DNA of 45,284 nucleotides from Candidatus Nealsonbacteria bacterium (GTDB lineage: Bacteria; Patescibacteriota; Minisyncoccia; Minisyncoccales; PWPS01), in the NCBI GenBank assembly GCA_003557065.1, contig PWPS01000001.1, forward strand, positions 1 to 45,284, written 5' to 3'. The notes below the pieces were generated by a model. That model saw only the letters and a list, made by a program, of their open reading frames with translations. It searched no databases and was not told the DNA's origin. The translations under genes were made by a program, and so were the position numbers. Of this stretch, positions 41,536 through 45,284 are shown piece by piece (positions within the stretch are counted from its first letter, which is position 1; every line of letters starts with the position of its first letter).

Positions 41536-41740
41536 ATTAGTTTTTTTATATTTTATATATTTATTGTTTTTATTAGTGTTTTGGAAAACTCAAATTTTAA
41601 GTTTAATTTAGCTTTAATAATAAACGGTGGAAAGCTTTTATGTAAATCGTTAAAAAGTTGTTAAAAACTTATTCAAGTGAATTTTGGCAATTTTTATCCA
41701 CTTGTTTTAAGTTTTATTATTAACCTTTTTTTAACATCTT
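41536..41740. other. AT-rich dnaA-dnaN intergenic region with degenerate DnaA-box-like sites
   Basis: TTATCCACt at 41694-41702, tTTGGAAAA at 41580-41588 and gGTGGAAAg at 41626-41634. Each differs by 1-2 mismatches from the classical box or from the local TGTGGAAAA box. Confidence 0.35.
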
Positions 41741-43084
41741 TTACACAGATAAAAGTATCTGCTTTATTAAAGCTAACTCTTCTTTCATATCATCCTCATT
41801 ATCTAATTCCTTTTTAATTTTTTTATGAGAATACATTACGGTGGTGTGATCTTTTCCACCCATTTTTTTACCTATATAAGGAAAGGAATAATCTAATTCT
41901 TCTCTTAAAAGAAACATTGCTACTTGTCTGGGTTTCACAATTTCTTTTTTTCTCGAATTTCCTTTCAAGTCACTTTCCGATACGTCGTAAAATTTTGATA
42001 CAGCTTTCAATATTTGAGTCGGAGAAATATTTTTTGTCGGAGATTCAAGTATGTTTTTTAATATTATTTTAGTTCCGGCAATATCTATTTTTTTGCCTGT
42101 TAAATTGTGATGGGCTATAAGCTTATTGAGTGCTCCCTCCAATTCTCTTATGTTTTTTTGAATATTTTCGGCAATATAACTACAAACTTCGTCGGAAATA
42201 TTTACTTGTTTTTCTTGTGCTTTAGTTTTTAGTATGGCAAGTCTGGTTTCAAAATCGGGAAAATTAATATCGGCAATCATTCCTCCTTCGAACCTTGATC
42301 TTAATCTCTCAGTTAGAGCCCTTATAGATTTAGGAGGTCTATCGGAAGAAAGAATAATTTGTTTATTTTTTTCATACAAATCATTGAATGTATGAAAAAA
42401 TTCTTCTTGTGTCTTTTCTTTTCCGGAAAGAAACTGAATATCGTCTATTATAAGAACATCGATATCTTTATATTTATCTTTAAATTGTTCCATTTGCCCA
42501 CTTCTTATCCCATTAACTACGCCGGTAATAAATTGTTGAGCCGGTATATATTTTACTCTCTTGGAGGATTTAATTACTTCATTTCCTATGGATTGAAGTA
42601 AATGTGTTTTCCCTAAACCTACCTTTCCATAAATAAAGAGTGGATTATAAACCGATCCGGGATTTTCAGCGACGGCATAGGCCGCAGCATGCGATAATTC
42701 ATTAAAAGGACCTACAACAAAATTTTCAAAAGTGTATTTCGGATTTAAATTGGTATCCTGATCAATATGAAATTGTTCAAACTCCATTTGATTTTCATTT
42801 TTTCCTTTTTCCTTTTCTACCTTCTCCTCTCTTTTTTCTTGTTTTTTTATAACATAATTTATGTCATTAACTTCTTTACCCAGACTTTTAACAGCCTCCA
42901 TGATAGTGTCGTGGTGTTTGTTTTTAAGCCATTCTTTAGTGAAAGAGTTAGGAACGGCAACTTCCATTTTTTCTTTTTCAAAAGAGATTAACTTGGTGTT
43001 TTTAAACCAAGTATTAAAGTTTGCTTGAGATATGTTGAGCTGCACTTCAGCTAGAATTGATTGCCAGAATTTATCTTTTTCCAT
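41741..43084 (-). CDS. dnaA: Chromosomal replication initiator DnaA
   Basis: 447 aa. Walker A GKVGLGKTHLL, Walker B LIIDDIQF, and the domain IV signature ..PRQVAMFLLRE... Confidence 0.95.
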   Translation of the reverse strand: MEKDKFWQSILAEVQLNISQANFNTWFKNTKLISFEKEKMEVAVPNSFTKEWLKNKHHDTIMEAVKSLGKEVNDINYVIKKQEKREEKVEKEKGKNENQMEFEQFHIDQDTNLNPKYTFENFVVGPFNELSHAAAYAVAENPGSVYNPLFIYGKVGLGKTHLLQSIGNEVIKSSKRVKYIPAQQFITGVVNGIRSGQMEQFKDKYKDIDVLIIDDIQFLSGKEKTQEEFFHTFNDLYEKNKQIILSSDRPPKSIRALTERLRSRFEGGMIADINFPDFETRLAILKTKAQEKQVNISDEVCSYIAENIQKNIRELEGALNKLIAHHNLTGKKIDIAGTKIILKNILESPTKNISPTQILKAVSKFYDVSESDLKGNSRKKEIVKPRQVAMFLLREELDYSFPYIGKKMGGKDHTTVMYSHKKIKKELDNEDDMKEELALIKQILLSV

Positions 43085-43300
43085 CGTTTATTTAATTTAA
43101 ACTGTGGAAAAATTATAACATATATAAAAACTGAGGAAAACTCCTAAATAGTCGAAAATATTGTGGAAAAGTTGTTAAAAATAGGTTAATTTAAAAAAAT
43201 AAAAAGATATTAGAACTCTAAAAATAAGCTTAAAAAAAATATTAAATATTATTTTATTCATAATAGTTTTCCACAACTTCTTAAGATTTTAGTTTATATT
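43085..43300. other. Probable oriC / dnaA control region: DnaA-box cluster plus AT-rich stretch
   Basis: Perfect TGTGGAAAA at 43103-43111 and 43162-43170, its inverse TTTTCCACA at 43267-43275, and a 1-mismatch copy TGaGGAAAA at 43132-43140. A nearly pure A/T tract spans about 43186-43262. Position between divergent dnaA and rpmH is the classical one. Confidence 0.6.
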
Positions 43301-43302
43301 TT

Positions 43303-43331
43303 TTGACATTTTGACTTATTTCAATTAGAAT
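43303..43331 (+). promoter_or_regulatory. Near-consensus sigma70-type promoter for rpmH-rnpA-yidC-jag
   Basis: TTGACA (43303-43308), exactly 17 nt, TAGAAT (43326-43331). It lies 33 nt before the rpmH ATG. Confidence 0.5.
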
Positions 43332-43364
43332 TTATGCCAGTATTAATCTAATTTACCGAAAAAG

Positions 43365-43499
43365 ATGTCTAAGACTTACAACCCCAGTAATAGAAAAAGG
43401 AAAAGGACTCATGGGTTTTTGGTTAGAAAGAAATCGAAAGGAGGAAAGAAGGTTCTTAAGAAGAGGCAGATGAAAGGAAGAAAAAAACTTTCAGTTTAA
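43365..43499 (+). CDS. rpmH: 50S ribosomal protein L34
   Basis: Too short for the ORF track. Hand translation gives [44 protein letters not shown] (44 aa), a typical bL34. Its TAA overlaps the rnpA ATG (TAATG). Confidence 0.9.
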   Translation: MSKTYNPSNRKRKRTHGFLVRKKSKGGKKVLKKRQMKGRKKLSV

Positions 43500-43840
43500 T
43501 GCTGCCTAAGAAAAACAGACTTAAAAAGAAAAAAGAATTCGACACGGTTTTTATTAATGGATTCAGTAGCAATGATTCTTGTTTAGAATTTAGATTTAAG
43601 GAAGTGCCCGAAGGAAAGAAGATCGGGTTAGTTGCTCCGATAAAAATATTTAAGAGGGCTACCGAAAGAAATAGAATTAAAAGAAAGATGGCGGAAGCTA
43701 CAAAAAGAATTTTGAATTATTTTCCCGAGGGAATTAATGTGATATTAATAGCAAAAAAACCGGTAGAGAAAAAAAGTGTTTCTGAATTAGAGGAGTTAAT
43801 AAAGAAATTTTTAAACAAAATTCCAAAAAATGATAGGTAA
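43499..43840 (+). CDS. rnpA: RNase P protein component
   Basis: 113 aa, basic. [14 protein letters not shown].., with KRATERNRIKRKMAEA corresponding to the RNR motif region. Canonical position after rpmH. Confidence 0.88.
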   Translation: MLPKKNRLKKKKEFDTVFINGFSSNDSCLEFRFKEVPEGKKIGLVAPIKIFKRATERNRIKRKMAEATKRILNYFPEGINVILIAKKPVEKKSVSELEELIKKFLNKIPKNDR

Positions 43841-44513
43841 TTTTTTTTACGTCGTTTTTTATCAACCGCTTTTCAATCTCTTAATATTTTTCTATAACAA
43901 TTTAGGAGATTTAGGTTTAGCGGTAATAATCTTAACCTTGATTGTAAAGGGGATTCTTTATCCCGTTTCCGCAAAAGCGACAAAATCTCAAAAGGCATTA
44001 AAAGAGATCCAACCGAAAGTTAAGGAAATTCAACAAAAATATAAAGATAATAAAGAGAAGCAAGCAGAAAAAGTTTTAGAACTTTATAACAAGGAAAATA
44101 TAAGCCCGTTTTCGGGAATTCTACCACTTTTTATCCAATTTCCGGTTATAATAGCCTTATTTCAAATATTTAGAAGGGGGTTGGGGGCCGGGGAGCTCGT
44201 TCATTTATATGGAACTATTTCAAGACCGGAAATTATTGATTATCTCTCCTTCGGAATTTTGGATCTGGCTGCTCCGAATATAATTTTAGCCGTCTTGGCA
44301 GGAATTGGGCAATTTATTCAAGTGAGAGTGACTATGCCCGATACACCGGGGGAAAATAAGGGTGATTTTGGAGAAATAATGAAGAATCAAATGAAATTCG
44401 TATTGCCGATTTTTACTATTTTTATTTTATCCACTTTACCTTCGGCAGTTGGGGTTTATTGGCTTATTACAATAGCTTTTTCAATTGTTCAACATTACTT
44501 AGTTAAGGCTTAA
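43830..44513 (+). CDS. yidC: Membrane protein insertase YidC (short, Oxa1-like form)
   Basis: 227 aa, five hydrophobic helices, ..LIVKGILYPVSAKATKSQKALKEIQPKVKEIQQKYKDNKEK... Overlaps the rnpA end by 11 nt. Confidence 0.88.
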   Translation: MIGNFFYVVFYQPLFNLLIFFYNNLGDLGLAVIILTLIVKGILYPVSAKATKSQKALKEIQPKVKEIQQKYKDNKEKQAEKVLELYNKENISPFSGILPLFIQFPVIIALFQIFRRGLGAGELVHLYGTISRPEIIDYLSFGILDLAAPNIILAVLAGIGQFIQVRVTMPDTPGENKGDFGEIMKNQMKFVLPIFTIFILSTLPSAVGVYWLITIAFSIVQHYLVKA

Positions 44514-44517
44514 AAAA

Positions 44518-44979
44518 ATGCTGGAAAAAAGTGATATAAAAAAGATAGAAGAAATAACAACGGAATTTTTTGAAAAGATAGATTCTGGGATAAGTGCGGA
44601 AGTGGAACAAACGGATGATAATAACGTCGAAATCAATGTTAAGATGGGAAATCCGCAGGTTTTAATCGGAGAGAATGGGCAAACTCTTAAAGGGGTTGAA
44701 AGGCTTCTTAGATTAGCTCTAAGGAACAATGTAGAAAAAAGACTTTATATTGTTCTTGATATTAATGATTATAAAAGGAAAAAGAGAGAATATTTGGAAC
44801 AAAAGGCAAGAGAAGCTGCAGACGAAGTTTCTTTAACCGGAGTTGAAAAAAGGATGCCGGCGCTATCGGCAGCCGAAAGAAGGGTGGTTCATATGGAATT
44901 ACAGAACAGAGAAGATGTGAGAACCGAGAGTGAAGGAAAAGATCCCGAAAGGCAAGTTGTTATCAAGCCGAATGATTAA
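44518..44979 (+). CDS. jag: Jag/KhpB-like RNA-binding protein (KH + R3H domains)
   Basis: 153 aa. KH-like GxxG (LIGENGQTLKGVERLLRLAL) and R3H motif (ERRVVHMELQ). Canonical position after yidC. Confidence 0.85.
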   Translation: MLEKSDIKKIEEITTEFFEKIDSGISAEVEQTDDNNVEINVKMGNPQVLIGENGQTLKGVERLLRLALRNNVEKRLYIVLDINDYKRKKREYLEQKAREAADEVSLTGVEKRMPALSAAERRVVHMELQNREDVRTESEGKDPERQVVIKPND

Positions 44980-45284
44980 TTTATTTTTTTTCGCTCTTTC
45001 AGTTTTCTGATTTCTTCAGGAGTAGAAGTTATTATCTGGTCTTCCGCGTAGGAGGCCAGTATTTTTATAGCAACATGTTTTTTCCCGGCAAAAAATATTC
45101 CCTCTCCGACTTCTCCCTCCAGTAGAATATATTTTTCTTCATCGGTAAGATTAAACGTTTTTTGAACGGTATCTATCACTGCCGATGATTGTTTTAAAAG
45201 AAATCTCAAGGCCGAATTGGTTATTATGGGTTGTCCATATTCCGATCTCATGAAGTCTGCCACATCTTGAGTTATCGTAGTTAC
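44976..45284 (-). CDS. C-terminal fragment of a VirB4/TraE/TcpF-like conjugation-type ATPase (5' end outside the window)
   Basis: The frame stays open to the window edge (..VTTITQDVADFMRSEYGQPIITNSALRFLLKQSSAVIDTVQKTFNLTDEEKYILLEGEVGEGIFFAGKKHVAIKILASYAEDQIITSTPEE..). The pattern TQ..DF....G..I..NS....LL.Q......L...F.L...E...L....RGEGL..AG..H..I...AS..E..I.T resembles the C-terminus of VirB4-family ATPases. The tracked Met at 45263 is an internal GTG. Confidence 0.5.
   Translation of the reverse strand, partial: VTTITQDVADFMRSEYGQPIITNSALRFLLKQSSAVIDTVQKTFNLTDEEKYILLEGEVGEGIFFAGKKHVAIKILASYAEDQIITSTPEEIRKLKERKKIN

Overview
This is a low-GC, tightly packed chromosomal segment that looks like a Candidate Phyla Radiation (Patescibacteria) genome. 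That placement is an inference from gene content, not a search result. All calls come from reading the supplied ORF translations and hand-folding or hand-translating the DNA. No homology search, HMM or tRNA scanner was run.

Main contents:
- **Type IV pilus cluster (1-9303, minus strand):** co-directional and without a secretin gene, in the order pilM, pilN-like, pilO-like, an unknown 397-aa gene, pilB, pilT, pilC, pilin, pilD. pilD runs off the window edge and is missing from the ORF track.
- **tRNA genes:** 18, in eight small clusters. They include an unusual tRNA-Ile(UAU) and a tRNA-Arg(GCG).
- **Housekeeping genes:** recG, tsaD, valS, prsW-like, hsp20, gyrA, ftsH, rluA-family, rplS, infB, tsaE, ruvB-yebC-ruvC, tyrS, a class A PBP and others.
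- **Replication-origin neighbourhood:** dnaN and dnaA diverge from rpmH-rnpA-yidC-jag. Three perfect TGTGGAAAA boxes lie between dnaA and rpmH. rpmH (43365-43499) is also missing from the ORF track.

The least ordinary parts:
1. Three tandem small two-helix membrane proteins with VirB2/TrbC-like (conjugative-pilin-like) architecture sit at 18.2-19.6 kb, bracketed by two SAM methyltransferases and co-oriented with gyrA. One copy has its signal peptide cut off by an in-frame TGA.
2. The unknown pilus-operon gene at 5442-6635 encodes a membrane anchor, a cupredoxin-like module without copper ligands, and a hyper-acidic coiled coil.
3. An rpsA-like gene with four S1 domains is split by a single in-frame TAA.
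4. A small islet bounded by tRNA genes (28.4-31.3 kb) carries a 3D-domain protein, a Y1-transposase-like protein with a degenerate HUH motif, and a secreted protein with Trp-rich GWISFN repeats.
5. An orphan second PilB/GspE ATPase overlaps the ruvB start.
6. The C-terminus of a VirB4-like ATPase sits at the right edge of the window.

Start codons in the window generally lack Shine-Dalgarno motifs. No CRISPR array, rRNA gene or recognisable prophage was seen.
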